Shown in pieces: positions 20,984 through 33,578 of a DNA stretch of 64,000 nucleotides (positions are counted from its first letter, which is position 1; the number at the start of each line of letters is the position of its first letter). The notes beneath the pieces were generated by a model that was not told where the DNA came from, made no database searches, and saw only the letters and a program-made list of their open reading frames with translations. The stretch comes from an uncultured Planctomycetota bacterium (GTDB lineage: Bacteria > Planctomycetota > Planctomycetia > Isosphaerales > Isosphaeraceae), in assembly GCA_963823665.1 (NCBI GenBank), contig CAWGMQ010000011.1:640001-704000 (forward strand), written 5' to 3'. The translations under genes were made by a program, and so were the position numbers.

Positions 20984-23638
20984 TTGACTGGGCAAAGCGT
21001 GCTGTGCACGTTGTCGGAGATGTTCGAAGGTGACGCCAGCGGGAAGACGTCGATGGCGAATGGGCTTAGGCAGGAATCCCGACGGCTTTCTTGGAATGAC
21101 CTGAGCGGCGTTCAGCAGAGCGCGGTCACAGTGATTCTGGAGTTACTGGCGGGAACGGTAGATGAACTGGCGAGCCTGCAGAGGTCGGGTGCGCTCGGCG
21201 CTCGCCGTGGCGGCCTGGATTTCGCGCTCGACAGGACACGATCGAGCCGGCTGGTTTTTCTTTCGGGTGACAGGGGAACGGGGAAGACGACCGTGTTGCT
21301 AACGGTGCGGTCGCTGTGCAAGCGAGCGATACCCGAGAACCCGCTCGGCAGCACACGGGAGGCGCCATGGGAAGCGCTCCGAAAGGTGGCACCTCAACTG
21401 GCGTGGCTGGAACCTTTGGACATGGAGACGGTACCCAAGTCGGGGAATCTGATGGCGGCGATTCTGGCGCGGATCGACGCCGCCTGTGATGGGCTGAATC
21501 TCGCGAGCGACGGTGTGGGGGGGCGGGATGAGTTGGCGCCGGGGCGGGCGAGCCGCGGGCTACTCGACCCTGGCCCGGACTATCACCGAGCTTTGCTCGA
21601 TCTTCAGCGGCTGCAAACACGAGTGGCGCTGGCGTGGGAGGGGAATCTTCCGGGGCGCGGGGGCGGGCTCGATGCCGAATCGTACGCGGTGGAGGTGATC
21701 CGGGCGGAAAAGGCGAGGTTATCGCTCAGCCGTGATTTCAACGACGTGCTGGAGGGGCTTGCCGCGCAGGGGTTCGACCGCCGGCGGGAGCCTCCTGGAC
21801 CGCTCTTCATCCTTCCGGTGGATGACGCCGATCTCAACCCGGCGAAGTGTCTGGAATTGCTGCAGATTCTACGGTTCATCTCCGTGCCACGGTTGTTTGC
21901 GATCGTGCTGGGCGACGTGGCGATGATCGAGACGGCTTTCAACCTGGCGATGGCGGGTGAGGTTGCGGCCGCCGGCGGGTCGGGCGGGTGGTTTCAACTT
22001 TTGCCGATCACGCTCGGCGAGGTGAAGAGCCGGATCAGCGAACTGGCCGCGAGCGCGGTGAGGAAGCTGATTCCTGTCGGCCAATCGATTCACTTGAAGG
22101 GAATGACAATCAGCGAGGCGCTCAAGTTCAGGCCGCGGGGTGACATCGGAATTGAAGTTCCGGAAGACAAGAAACCGCGGACTCTGGCCGACGTGATGAA
22201 GGCGTGTCCGGTGCAGACCGTGGCGTCTATTGACAGCGAGGGGAACGCTGGGCCATCGACAGAGGACCTCCACTGGTTCCTGATGACGCAGGGCTTGATC
22301 TCGCGGCTTGACGATGAGAATCCAGAGGGCCAGGAGCTGGTACACGGCTACCCGTTTCATGCGGCGCGTATGCTCGAGGCTGCGCCGCGGCGGGTTGCCG
22401 ATCTCTGGCAGCGGTTGCAGGACGTCGCGCTCGAGGGACCGGTCAAGTCAACGGCACCGGCGGCTGGTGTCGACGGGAAGGGGAAGCCGGCGGGAAAGTA
22501 GACGAAGCAGGTGGATGAGGACTCGAACGCGTTCCGCGGACCAGCGCAGAAGGTACTTCGTGTGATCGGCTCGTATTGCCGCGGGATGATCTCTGAGGAC
22601 ACGAGTCTGACGCCGGCCGGACGGGAGCGGGCGCTTCGAGCCATATCGGAGAGCGCGAGCGGTGGGTCGAGGATCGACTCGGGTGCATTCAGCGCGCAGC
22701 CGACCGTGGCGCCGGGTTTCGGGTACGGATTCAAGTCCGGGCTTGCGAACCCGGCTCGGCTGTTCGTCGAGGTTTTTCCCGCAACTGGTTGGAAAATGCG
22801 GGCGCGACTACTCTCCGGTGAGACGAACGGCCCCGAGGCGATGCCGTCTCTGGAAACCGCAACCGCGGCATCGGTGATGCTGATTCAATCTCTGGCCGCG
22901 CTGTCGCCAGACGACGGGCTCGCGAGCCGGCTGGTGTCAGTGCGCCGACGCGATTCGGAACAGTGGTGGGCGTGGTCGCACTGGAGGTTGGATTATGCCG
23001 CCCGAGTCGCACTTTACTGGCCGGTGCCGTACTGGTCGAGCTTCCGGGAATTCGACTTGTTTCTCGGACTATGGAGCGCAGCGATCGAAGCGGCCAAGAC
23101 GTTCAAAGAGCCAAAACCGGTGCGTGCCGGTGCCGTCGCCGATCGACTCGACTTCTTGATTTATTCCTGGCTCAATTGCGCGGCCCTGGTCATGGAGGGC
23201 AAGCAGGAATCTGCACTTACCACGACGGGCGCTGGTGCAGTTCGGTGGTATCCGCTGGTGCAGCGGCTTGGCAAACTGCTGGAGAGGGTTTCCGCCTCGA
23301 GCGCGGAAGACGCGACGGTTTCGTGGTTCCGCAACATCACGGTGCTACTCATGCCGGAGATGATCGGCAATCGGCCGCAAATCCGCAAACAGTTCGCGAG
23401 GTCGACGACGTTCAAGGAGTTCTGGGATCGGGAAGCGACCGAGATTACTCGGGTGCGACTGGACACACTGAGCGTCCTGGTAGCACACGAACTGCGGGAA
23501 TTCGCGCTCGAGGCCGGATCGGTGCAGATGCCGGAAGCCGCTAAAATCCAGTTGAAAAAAGGCGCAATCGAGTTGACTCCGCCAAGCAACATGGTTGGAG
23601 CGGCGGCGCAGCCGCCGCGGCCGGTAGGTAATGGATGA
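20984..23638 (+). CDS. rdrA: RADAR-like P-loop ATPase (RdrA-like) with an in-frame TAG at 22499-22501
   Basis: Walker A 'GDRGTGKTT', Walker B 'ILPVDDADL'; ORFs 20984-22501 and 22511-23638 share a frame (about 880 codons); ATGA overlap with the deaminase. Confidence 0.65.
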
Positions 23639-26347
23639 TCACTTCGCGCACGGCCCAGATTCCGATCGATCACATGGTCGCCGAGGTTGCGGCGTTCCCG
23701 CTCTCGTCGGAGGCCGCATTTGAGACCCATATCACGGAGATGGACGCGGAGCTTGGACCGCCGAGCAGCACGCTCTGGCGCGAGGCAGAGCGGCGGATCT
23801 TTGGTGGGTTTCCGGCGGTGTCGGTCGAGGAGGCGGTGGGAATTCGGGACAAGGTCTGGTTCGCGGGCCGCGGGAGGGAGCGGTGGGTGAGGATGGGGGA
23901 TTATCTGCGTAGAATTGCGCGGATGTTTCTGGAGGCGAAAAGCGACGCCGCGATGCCCGGATTACCGGACGCGCTCGGTGACCTGGGAACGGGAGGGTCG
24001 GGGCCGCGGGCTGCACGAGCGCGGCGAACATGGCGGTGGGTGTCGTTCGCGCTGCCGAGCGATCTGTTGATCGCCGCACTCGACGACACACTTGGCCCGT
24101 ACGAGCTGAGGACCGTGTCGCCGGCAGTGGACCGGCTGCTGCGCGACGGCGGGTTTGCGGAAACGCATCTGCACCTCGGTGCCGGCATGCCGTTTTCCAA
24201 CCTGTGGGTTGGACTGCTGCACGCGCTTGCGCGACCGGAGCTGCGGTCGTCCGCGTTTTCGAGTCCGGGGGCTGCGCTCGAAGAAGGCTCGCGGCTTGCG
24301 GAATGGTTGGTGCGAGGGGCCGTGGCGCGGTACGTGCTTGCGGCCTATCTTCACGACCGCGACTCGGGAGCGACGTTGGCGGAGTTTCTGAGCTTGACGG
24401 TGAAGCGCCGGCTGGGTGACCCGAGCGGGTATTCGCTGCTGGTGACGGGTCTGGCCGAGCTCGGCCGTGGCGAGCTTTCCGATGGCGCGAGCGAGACATT
24501 CCCGGCCTGGAAGGACCTGTATTCGCGGCTGACGCGCGTGACGACGGCAAGGCCTAGCCAGCAGTACGATTCTTTTGGGGAGGCCGACCCGATCGCGCCG
24601 TTCTTTACGCGAACCGGGCTGTATGAGCCGACGCCGGAAATGCGGTTTGTTTCGGCCGGGCTGACGCGCATGAAAGACGGAGCAGAGGACCGTTTGTTCG
24701 AGTTGCTTTTCTGGCAGACAGTGCGAATTCGAAGCATCTTCTACAGGCACGTGGTGCAGCGACCGATGACGCCCGGGCTGCAATGGTTCATCCGGTTCTA
24801 CGGCCGCATCAGGCACGGCCGCGAGCCGGCGATGTCGGTGGGGCTTCAGGTCGAGTCGGCGGCGAGGACGAGCGGAGCGGGGATGGGGCTCAAATCACTG
24901 GAGATCCGGACGTCGCCAGCACGATCGACATCAGACCTGATCAGCTTCCTGAACGATGTGGATGGAGCCACGGCGAAGCTCGAGGAGAAGGAACGGAAGG
25001 AGCACCGGCACTTCGAGGCGTGTGTCGTCCTGCACTTCACGAAGGACCGCGGGGGCCGAGCGCTGTCGGGCCTGCCGGCGGCGGACTGGCTCTGGAGTCA
25101 TGCAGATCCCGGCGCACGGGTGGAGACCGACCGCCTGACGCGCGATGTACCGCCGGCACCGGAGATGATTGGCAACCCTTCAGGCTATCGCTATTCGCGG
25201 TTCTATTCGCTCAAGTGCACCGAGGCGCGGGCTTTCGCCGGGGCGCTGCGCGAGTATCCGATGACGGTGCAGGTTCTGCGCGGAGTGGATGTCTGTACCG
25301 ACGAACTGGGCGTGCCGAACTGGGTGCTCGCGCCGATTCTGGGGCACGTGCATCGCGCGGCGGACTCGGCCTGCCGCGAGCTGCGTCGCATGTTGACGAT
25401 CCTGGTTCCTCCACTGCGTACAACGGTGCACGTCGGCGAGGACTTCGTGCATTTGCTCTCCGGTTTGCGGCGGGTGGACGAAGCGCTCGCTCATTTCGGG
25501 ATGCGTGAAGGGGATCGAATCGGCCACGGACTGGCGCTGGGGGTTGACCCACGTGCGTGGGTGCGCAGCGCAGGGAGGGTACCGCTGGCGCGAGAGGAGC
25601 GGCTTTTTGACCTGGCGTGGGAGTGGACGGTCGCGAGCAAGTACGAGCGTGGCGTGAGCGCGGACCGCCTGCATTCGATCAACCGGGAGATTCACGTGCT
25701 CTCCGAGCAGATCTTCGGGAAGGTGCTCCAAGCTGTCGAGGTTGCGGCTCTGGCGGAGGACTTATTCGATCGCTATGCGCTGTCGCGGGCGGGATTTCCG
25801 AATGGACCGATGCCAGGCAAGTCTCAGGGTGGGCCGCATGGTGGCCGGCGATTCAGCCTGCTGGTTGATTTCTTGACCGATCGAAGCGTGTTCCTCGCCG
25901 GGCGGGAAATCGAATGGATCGACCCTGCGGAGGAGGCGGATTCGCTCGCCTTGCTGCAGGCAGGATTGCGCAGCGGTTGCCAGTCGAGGAATCGTGGTTG
26001 AAGTGAACCCCACGTCCAACCTGTTGATCGGCGATCTGCACGATCTGACGTCGCACCCACTCTGGCGGTTGCGGCCGCCGCGGGAGGCTGTTGGCTGCGG
26101 GCCGCCGGTCTCGGTCTGCATCGGCTCGGATGATCCTGTGACCTTCGGCACGGAGCTGAGGCAGGAGTACCAACTGTTGCATGACTCACTGCTGCTTTCC
26201 GGCTTCTCGGATGAGGAGGCGCGGCGGTGGATCGACCGGACGCGAGCGAGCGGGCTGGAGTCGCGGTTCAGCGTGCCGAGAACGCGCCGTTATTCGCTGC
26301 GCTACTTCCGAAGCCGAAACAGCAGCCCCGAGCCGATCGTTCCCTAA
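23635..26347 (+). CDS. rdrB: Large adenosine deaminase (RdrB-like), frameshift near 25975
   Basis: 'ETHLHLG', 'HVGEDF..LLSGLR', 'GDRIGHGLALG', 'VEVNPTSN', 'IGSDDP..F.T.L..EY'; about 900 aa. Confidence 0.8.
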
Positions 26348-26606
26348 CGCGCGGTCGAGGTTGAGTCACGGATGCGGTTGTGGGAGGGGTTTTGATCGGA
26401 CGGTGGATCGCTTACTTTTCAGGCGAGGTCAAGCACGGCCGATCCACGTGAAGCACAGGTCTGCCTGGAATGCGGGGCGACGGGCGAGGAAGGGCGCTGG
26501 ATTGCGGGTCGTGCCGGCGTCGCGCCCGGCGTAAACGTTCCCGTCGTCTGGAGGCAGTGTCCCCGGCTCGGCCGTGCGGCGGGGGGTTCTCGAGGATCAA
26601 ACACTG

Positions 26607-26871
26607 GATGATCTTGATTGCGGTTTGCGCGTTCTTGTTGGCGTTCCTTCGAACAGACGGGATGCTGACCCTTCTGGTGCTGGCGTTCGGCGTAGTGCCG
26701 GCGCAGTTGCTCACCGAGATTCGGGCGAACGGGCGCCGACGGCGGGGGGTGCCGATGTCTGGACGGGAGCGGACGGTGTCGGTGATTCAGTTGACGGTCG
26801 CGTTGCCGCTGCTTCTGATCTTGGCCGGCGAAATTGCAGCTTGCATTTTAAACACGTTCATTCCTCGCTGA
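26607..26871 (+). CDS. Small hypothetical membrane protein (start uncertain)
   Basis: Three hydrophobic segments. Confidence 0.5.
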
Positions 26872-27012
26872 GCCTGGTCGTCATTCTCGCCCTTTCGTTT
26901 TCCCTTGAACGGGGGGCGAGGGCCGTCCGAACCGTCGCTCGCACGGATCGCCAGGAGGGTCGCCCTCCCGGCAGGGATGAAAGCGCGCCTTGATGTTTGT
27001 ACCCCGGGGACT

Positions 27013-27228
27013 TTAACTTTCATCCCAAAGTTCGTTCCATGAAATCGTTGATGAGGGGTCGTTTCGCGATTCTTCCAATCGCCGATCGAGCTCGCCCACC
27101 AAGTCGTCTTCGAACGGGTCAGCGTCTTCGGGAGAAAGCGTTTCGAGCAGCCGCTCGGCAATGATCGCGCGTTCGCCCTCCGGCAACTCTAACGCCGCGT
27201 TCAATAGATCACGACACTTCGGCTCCAT
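27013..27228 (-). CDS. Addiction-module antitoxin component; partner toxin apparently lost
   Basis: 'LLNAALELPEGERAIIAERLLETL...ELDRRLEE...ISWNEL'; the overlapping downstream start (MKVKVP) does not continue as a recognisable toxin. Confidence 0.8.
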   Translation of the reverse strand: MEPKCRDLLNAALELPEGERAIIAERLLETLSPEDADPFEDDLVGELDRRLEESRNDPSSTISWNELWDES

Positions 27229-27301
27229 CGTTATGTCCTCTTGGGAGCCGCCAGATTGTCCAGTTCATTGTAATTGTGCCGCGATTCATTGCAAAGTAAA
27301 G

Positions 27302-28899
27302 TCATCGATTCAGGGCTTTGGTGATCTCATCTGCCAGCGTCCGTCGAACGATCTCGTTTGCTTGCTGCTCGCTCATGTCCTTGGGACTGTGCACCATTTC
27401 TCGGAAGACTGGGATCAGGTTTCCGGGGCCGGATAGATCGCTGCGGAATGCGATCTTGCCGGCGCGATCGATCACGATGAGGACGGGAAGCGCTCCGATT
27501 CCGTAAAGCGTGGCGGTTGCACCTCTCGGCGCGCGGGTATGCCGGCTTCGTCTACGGCCATCGCCAGCGGCGCGCCCTGGAAGGCAAGCACTCTGCGGCC
27601 CTGTTCCCGGGTGGTTTCTTCATCGGGCTCTGCGCTGTGGATTGCGAGAAACTCGACGTTTCGAGGTTTAAATTCGGCAGCAACCTTGCCGAGGGCCGGC
27701 AGCACGCTGACGCTCTGCAAGAATGGCATTCCCCAGAGATAGAGGACCACAACTTTTCCACGCTCGTCCGCGATCTTGCGAGGGACTCGATCGGACCAGG
27801 GGCCTACCTTCCATTCCGGCGCGGGCGCGCCGAGGGCAAGCGGCTCGTCGGGGCCTGCCCCGGGATTGACAGCAGGTGCGTTCATCCGTTCGGGCAACTT
27901 GATTCGAACGAGCCTCGGGCGAGCCGTCGGCCAGGTAGAAGTTGCTGGCTCGCACCTTCTCGTGGAACGCGTAGAGCATCACCACTCCTGGCGCAGACCA
28001 GGGATGGAGAATCGTCCGTTCTCGTCGGTCGTGCTCGACCCGGGAGGTCCGGTGGACCCGGCCCGGATCGAACGCTGGCGCGATTGAACGCGGGCTCCAG
28101 GCACGACTCGGCCAAGATGATCGAGCACGACGCCGCTGAGCGATACCCCACTATCCAGCCGGATGGGATCGACGACCTGGGGGCTATCGATCTCAGCGTC
28201 AGTCAGACTCACAGGAGCCTGGACGCCGGCGTAGCCTTCCCTCGTCACCGTGAGCAGCCCGATCCCGCGATCATCGGCTTGCGCCTGAGTGGCGACCCTG
28301 GGACTGAACATGCTGGGCACCGCGGTGACGAATCCCGGAAACGGGGTTTGCTTCGACCCGCGGGTGAACTGCACGGTCCAGATCGTGCCCCTTCGAACGT
28401 GGTATTCGCGGTGGATCGGCTGATTGGGCCGAACAGTGATATCTTCCGTTAATTCCTGATCCGAAAGTACGAGATAGCCAGGAGAAGGGTCGCTCAACCA
28501 GACGCGGGTGTTTCCTTCCGGGAGCTCGACGGTGAAGCGGCCGTTCGAGTCGGTCTCGACGATTCGTTCGTCGCGGCTTCCGGCGCCCATGACAAAGCCG
28601 ATTGAAATCTGGAATCTGGCGCCGGCGATGGGGTCTTCGGTCCCGTCGACCTTCACCGAGCCCGTCATCCGGGCGGCGACAGCGGGCGCTTTCGCTTGAC
28701 GGTCGGGAGCCTGCGCGGGCTTTTCCTGAAACGCGTCTGTTGCCGATGACCGAACAGCACAAGCCTCCGCGAATGTGGCGGCAGGTGCGGGCCAGACGCT
28801 GTACCCGGTTCCAACCGTGAACGATGCGACGGCCATCAGGACTTGAACAAACAGCCGGTGCGCTTGCGGAGCGTCGTGGCTCGATTGGTAGCCCAGCAT
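27302..28899 (-). CDS. Exported protein with carboxypeptidase-regulatory-like and TlpA/redoxin-like domains; at least 3 frameshifts
   Basis: 'ETDSNGRFTV', 'TTDENGRFSIPGL', 'LGAPAPEW...RGKVVVLYLW', 'LPVLIVIDRAGKI' spread across frames; no CxxC. Confidence 0.65.
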
Positions 28900-29514
28900 A
28901 TCTGCAGTTCTCCTCAGTGATTTAGCGCCGTCTCTGTATTAACGGCTTCGCGGATTTCCGTCACGAGAATTCCTGGAGGTGAGAGGAGATCACGACGATT
29001 CGGGTCCATTGCACAACCCCTATCGCGGTGCGTGGCTGGTCTGGGTTATTGTAACTGAGCGGCGATAACACGCGGAGGACGTGGCGCGGTCGTATAACAT
29101 CGGGCGGTCGTCGATGTTGGTTGTTGCATTGATTGGGGGAGCATTGAGTAGCCGATTCAGAATCGCGCTCGTCGTACTCCGGCCGCCAGGAGCCAAAGCC
29201 GGGGTGGAGGATTCGATACCGGTCTGTACTAGCACCGCGGCGGCGCGGAACTGACGGCATGGGCCTCTTGGTCCGCGCGACGCACAATTGCAGCCGTCAA
29301 TCCCGCATGCTGGTCTGAGCGAGGATCAAAGGGCACGACCCCCTTGCCCGGTCGCCCTTGGAACCGTTAAGTTTGGAATTCGACATACATTGAAAACCGC
29401 GTCGATTGTAAATGTTATGAGAAGCTGAAGGTTTGGCAATCGTCTGGGGCCCGCCGGGCCGAAATCGGGCCTGATCATTCTTCGGTGGTCCGTCCGAAAG
29501 AGGAGAATTCACTC

Positions 29515-30353
29515 GTGGCCGAGAACATCAACGCCCTGCTCGAACGCGCAAGTCGATCCGGCAGGATATTCTGCGGATGACGACGGAAGCGGGATCGGGC
29601 CATCCCAGCAGCTCGCTGTCGGCGACCGAAGTCGTGACGGCCCTGTATTTCGGCGGTTTCCTCAATCATGACCCCAAGAAGCCGCACTGGCCGGAACGCG
29701 ATCGTTTCATCCTGTCGAAGGGGCACGCCGCCCCGGTGCTCTACGCTGCGCTCGGCCAGGCGGGCTATTTCCCCCACGACCAGATCATGACGCTGCGAAA
29801 GCTGGGCAGCCCGCTCGAAGGGCACCCGAACATGAAGCGGCTGGCTGGGGTCGAGGCTTCGACCGGCTCGCTGGGCCAGGGGCTGTCGATTGGAATCGGC
29901 CATGCTTTGGCCGCCCGAGTGGACAAGAAGAGCTACCATACTTACGTGATGACCGGTGACGGTGAGCTTGGCGAGGGCCAGAACTGGGAAGCCGCCGCCG
30001 CGGCGGTCAAGTACAAGCTTGACAATCTGACCCTCATCGTCGACCGAAACCACTTCCAGCAGACGGGGCCAGCCGAGGAAGTTCTCAACATGGACCCCGT
30101 CGACGGCAAGTTCACGGCGTTCGGCTGGAAGACGCAGGTCATCAATGGCAACGACATCAGGGAGGTGCTGAAGGCTCTCGAGCGTGCCCACGCGGTGGAG
30201 GGCCAGCCGAGCTGCATCGTGAGCCTCACCCATAAGGGGCAGGGAATCCTCAACCTCCTGCGCAAGCTGGGCGACACGAACTTCCACGGAAAACCGGTGC
30301 CGGAAAAACACCTGGCTGAGGCCCTCGCCGAAGTGGCTTCGGGCGGTGAGTGA
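29515..30353 (+). CDS. Transketolase N-terminal subunit (1-bp frameshift near 29550)
   Basis: 'SGHPSSSLS', 'RDRFILSKGHA', 'LEGHP', 'TGSLGQG', 'GDGELGEGQNWEA'; RBS GAGGAG before GTG 29515. Confidence 0.92.
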
Positions 30354-30372
30354 ATCGAATCAAGAAAGGTGA

Positions 30373-31359
30373 ATGCTCATGGCCGGCGCTTCTTCCGCGG
30401 TGACGACGAAACGAGAGCTGGGCAAGGCGACGCGCGACGCGTTTGGGCGGGCTCTCGAGGCTCTTGGGTCCGATCATCTCGATGTCGTCGTGGTGGACGC
30501 CGACGTCGGAAACTCGACCCGCACCGAGTGGTTCGGCAAGAAGTTTCCCGACCGATTTTTCAACATCGGGATTGCGGAGAGCAACCTGGTCGGCGTCGCG
30601 GCCGGGCTGGCTTCGGCGGGAAAGACGAGCGTGATCGCCAGCTTCGCGGCGTTCATCACGTGCAATGCGTATGACCAGCTTCGCATGTCGGTGGCCTACC
30701 CGGGCTTGAACGTCAAGGTCGTGGGAAGCCATGCCGGGATCTCGATCGGCGAGGACGGTGCTTCGCAGATGGGGATCGAAGACGTTGCGCTAGCGTGCTC
30801 GCTTCCCGGTTTTGTCGTGATGGTTCCGGCCGACGAAGAATCCGCGAAAGCGGCGACCGCGGCGATGCTCGAGCACAAGGGGCCGGTGTATCTGCGGGTG
30901 GGGCGGCCTGAAGTGCCCAAGATCTACACGAAGAGCCCGATGAAGTTCGAGATCGGCAAGGCGATCCCGCTACGCGACGGGGCCGACGTGACGATCGTGG
31001 CCAACGGTCTTCTGGTTGCGCCTGCGCTCGATGCGGCCGAGGTTCTCGCGGGCGAAGGCATCCAGGCCCGCGTGCTCGATATGCACACCGTCAAGCCGAT
31101 CGATTCGGCCGCGCTCGCGGCGGCAGCCAAGCAGACCGGGGCGCTGGTTGTGGCCGAGGAGCACCTGGCTCACGGCGGGCTGGGGAGCGCCGTCGCCATG
31201 ACGCTGGCGGCGATCCAGCCGGTTCCGATCCGCTTCGTCAACCTGGGCGACCAGTTCGGTGAAAGCGGGTCACCGGACGCATTGATCGAGAAGTATGGTC
31301 TGACCGCAGCCAACGTAGCCAAAGCCGCAAGGGAGGCCGTCGCGGCCAAGGGGCGGTAA
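30373..31359 (+). CDS. Transketolase C-terminal subunit
   Basis: 'ATRDAFG', 'NIGIAESN', 'GEDGASQ', 'GPVYLR', 'EEH..GGLGSAV'. Confidence 0.92.
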   Translation: MLMAGASSAVTTKRELGKATRDAFGRALEALGSDHLDVVVVDADVGNSTRTEWFGKKFPDRFFNIGIAESNLVGVAAGLASAGKTSVIASFAAFITCNAYDQLRMSVAYPGLNVKVVGSHAGISIGEDGASQMGIEDVALACSLPGFVVMVPADEESAKAATAAMLEHKGPVYLRVGRPEVPKIYTKSPMKFEIGKAIPLRDGADVTIVANGLLVAPALDAAEVLAGEGIQARVLDMHTVKPIDSAALAAAAKQTGALVVAEEHLAHGGLGSAVAMTLAAIQPVPIRFVNLGDQFGESGSPDALIEKYGLTAANVAKAAREAVAAKGR

Positions 31360-31614
31360 GTGAAAAGTCGCGAAAAGGTGATGGAACGGTACGGGCCGAT
31401 CCGCGAAATGGATCGGTCGTTTGACATTGAATACTGGCAACGACAAGGGGATGCTGCGATCTTCCGGGCCGCCTGGGAGCTGGTCGAGACTTACTGGCGC
31501 GAGTCGGGCAGGAATCCGGATGAACTCCGACTTCAGCGATCTGTAGAAGCTTTTCAGAAGCTGCCGGGTCCGGTACCTCATCGTCGGCGGGCACGCCGTG
31601 ATGAAGTACACTGA
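31360..31614 (+). CDS. Small hypothetical protein overlapping a nucleotidyltransferase gene
   Basis: 'FDIEYWQRQG..AIFRAAWELV...RLQRSVE'; TA-like two-gene layout. Confidence 0.6.
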   Translation: MKSREKVMERYGPIREMDRSFDIEYWQRQGDAAIFRAAWELVETYWRESGRNPDELRLQRSVEAFQKLPGPVPHRRRARRDEVH

Positions 31615-32032
31615 GCCGCGTTACACCAAGGATCTTGACGTCTGGATCGAGCCTTCTGCCAAGAACGCCCGCGCGGTATTCAAAGCCTTGGGCGAATTCG
31701 GCGCACCGCTCGCAGGGCTGACGGATTCGGATTTTGCGAAGGAAGGCTTCTTCTACCAGATGGGACGGCCGCCGGCGCGAGTGGACATCTTGATGTCGAT
31801 TGAGGGTGTCCGATTTGCCGACGCTTGGGCAAACCGGGTGAGCACAGAGTTCGGAGGAACGCGTGCTAACTTCATCTCTCTCACCGATCTGATCGCAAAC
31901 AAGAGATCGCTCTCGAGGCCCCAGGATTTACTTGACATCGACAATTTGATCGAGTCACAACGCGTTGCCGCGCGGCTCAAGCGCGAGCAAAGTGCGACGC
32001 CGAAGAAACCGAGGGGTCGCAAAGGAAGCTGA
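31520..32032 (+). CDS. Minimal nucleotidyltransferase with an in-frame TAG at 31544-31546
   Basis: MNSDFSDL*KLFRSCRVRYLIVGGHAVMKYTEPRYTKDLD...NKR...RPQDLLD; the catalytic GG motif lies upstream of the ORF-track start, in frame. Confidence 0.8.
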
Positions 32033-32089
32033 GTGGCCGGATAATGGATCTACCGTTTCTCGGACCTGCATTCGAAAGGGATCGCCCGG

Positions 32090-33572
32090 ATGTCGCCCTC
32101 CGACTCACCGCGCCGCGATCCGATCGAAGGTGAGCTAGCCGAGCCGCCGCCGAGCGACCTTTCCGAGTACACCTGGGACAACTCGGACACGGAACGGGTC
32201 GAGCCGCAGCAGGTTGAGTCGTACGGAGCGACCGCGCCGGCCCGCACGGAACCGGCGATCGGCGACGACATCGACCGGTTTGTCGAGGTCTTGATCAAGA
32301 CGCGCTTGGTGGCGGAGCCCGAGATCCGTGCGCTGTCGGCGCGGTCTGGCGCCGGATTTACAAGGCCGGCGAGTGGACCCATTCGCCGCCGAGCTGATCC
32401 GGCTCGGCAAGCTCACGCCTTATCAGGCCGCCGCCATACGGCAGGGTAAGACGAAGGGGTTGTCGATCGGCGAGTACATCGTGCTGGACAAGATCGGCTC
32501 CGGGGGGATGGGGCTCGTTTTCAAGGCGCGGCACCGGCAGCTCGCGCGGATCGTTGCCCTCAAGTTACTACCCCCGTCCTTCAGCCGGGATCGAGCTGCC
32601 GTGATCCGCTTTCGCCGTGAGGCGGCGGCGGCCGCCAAGTTCCGCCATCGCAATATCGTTGCCGCGATCGACGCAGGTGAAACGCACGGCTTGCTCTTTC
32701 TGGTGATGGAGTTCGTCGAAGGGCGGGACCTGTCCCGGACCGTCAAAGAGAAGGGGCCGCTCTCGGTCGAGCAAGCAATCGATTGCATCATCCAGGCGAC
32801 TCGGGGTCTGCAAGAAGCACATGATCACGGCATTGTGCATCGAGATATCAAGCCCGCGAATCTGCTGCTCGATCCGACGGGGACGGTCAAGGTGCTCGAC
32901 CTCGGGCTGGCGCGGGTGAGCCAACAAGACCCGATCGCCGCCGCGGGCGGGTCCGAGCTCGATTTGACGGTCAGCGGGTCGTTTGTGGGGACGGTGGACT
33001 ACGTGTCGCCCGAGCAGGCGTATGACCCCCGGCTGGCCGACAACCGATCCGACATTTACTCGCTTGGCTGCACGCTGCACTATCTCCTGACCGGCAAGGC
33101 CCCGTTCGGCGGGCAGACCTTCATGGAGCGGTTGCTCGGCCATCGCGAGCGGCCGATCCCCTCGCTGTTTGCGTCGCGTCACGACGTTCCCGAAGCGCTT
33201 GATGCCGCATTTCGATCGCTCCTGGCGAAGTCGCCCGCAGATCGGCCGCAAACCATGGCGGCGGTCGCCGTGGCCCTTGAGGAATGCCGGAAATCCAGCC
33301 GGCGCAAGAAATCTCGACCACTGATGGTCTTCGACGATCGAGAGGAGGACACGAGAGAGAGAGAGGCAACTTATCAGATTGGACGATCGAAGGACGATTC
33401 AGCAGAACCGAGATCGGAGGTTCTCTCGAGCGTTTTTGTGAGGAGCCGTAGGCCAAGCGACGATCGCGAAGAGAGTATCGATGACGCATCTTCGCGGCAA
33501 ACCTGGCAGTTAGTGGCTGCGCTCCTGATCGTGGCGCTTGCACTGCTGGTCGGTTGGGTCTTCATCCGATAA
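32090..33572 (+). CDS. Ser/Thr protein kinase with C-terminal TM helix (frameshift near 32370)
   Basis: 'IGSGGMG.V', 'VALK', 'HRDIKPAN', 'DLG', 'SPEQ', 'SDIYSLG'. Confidence 0.92.
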
Positions 33573-33578
33573 TCGGCG

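Noticed and set aside
26342..26370. CCCTAAC at the deaminase stop as an attC R'' box
   Set aside because: No inverted L boxes follow it.
28920..29500. Short ORFs upstream of transketolase
   Set aside because: No recognisable motifs or RBS; treated as intergenic.
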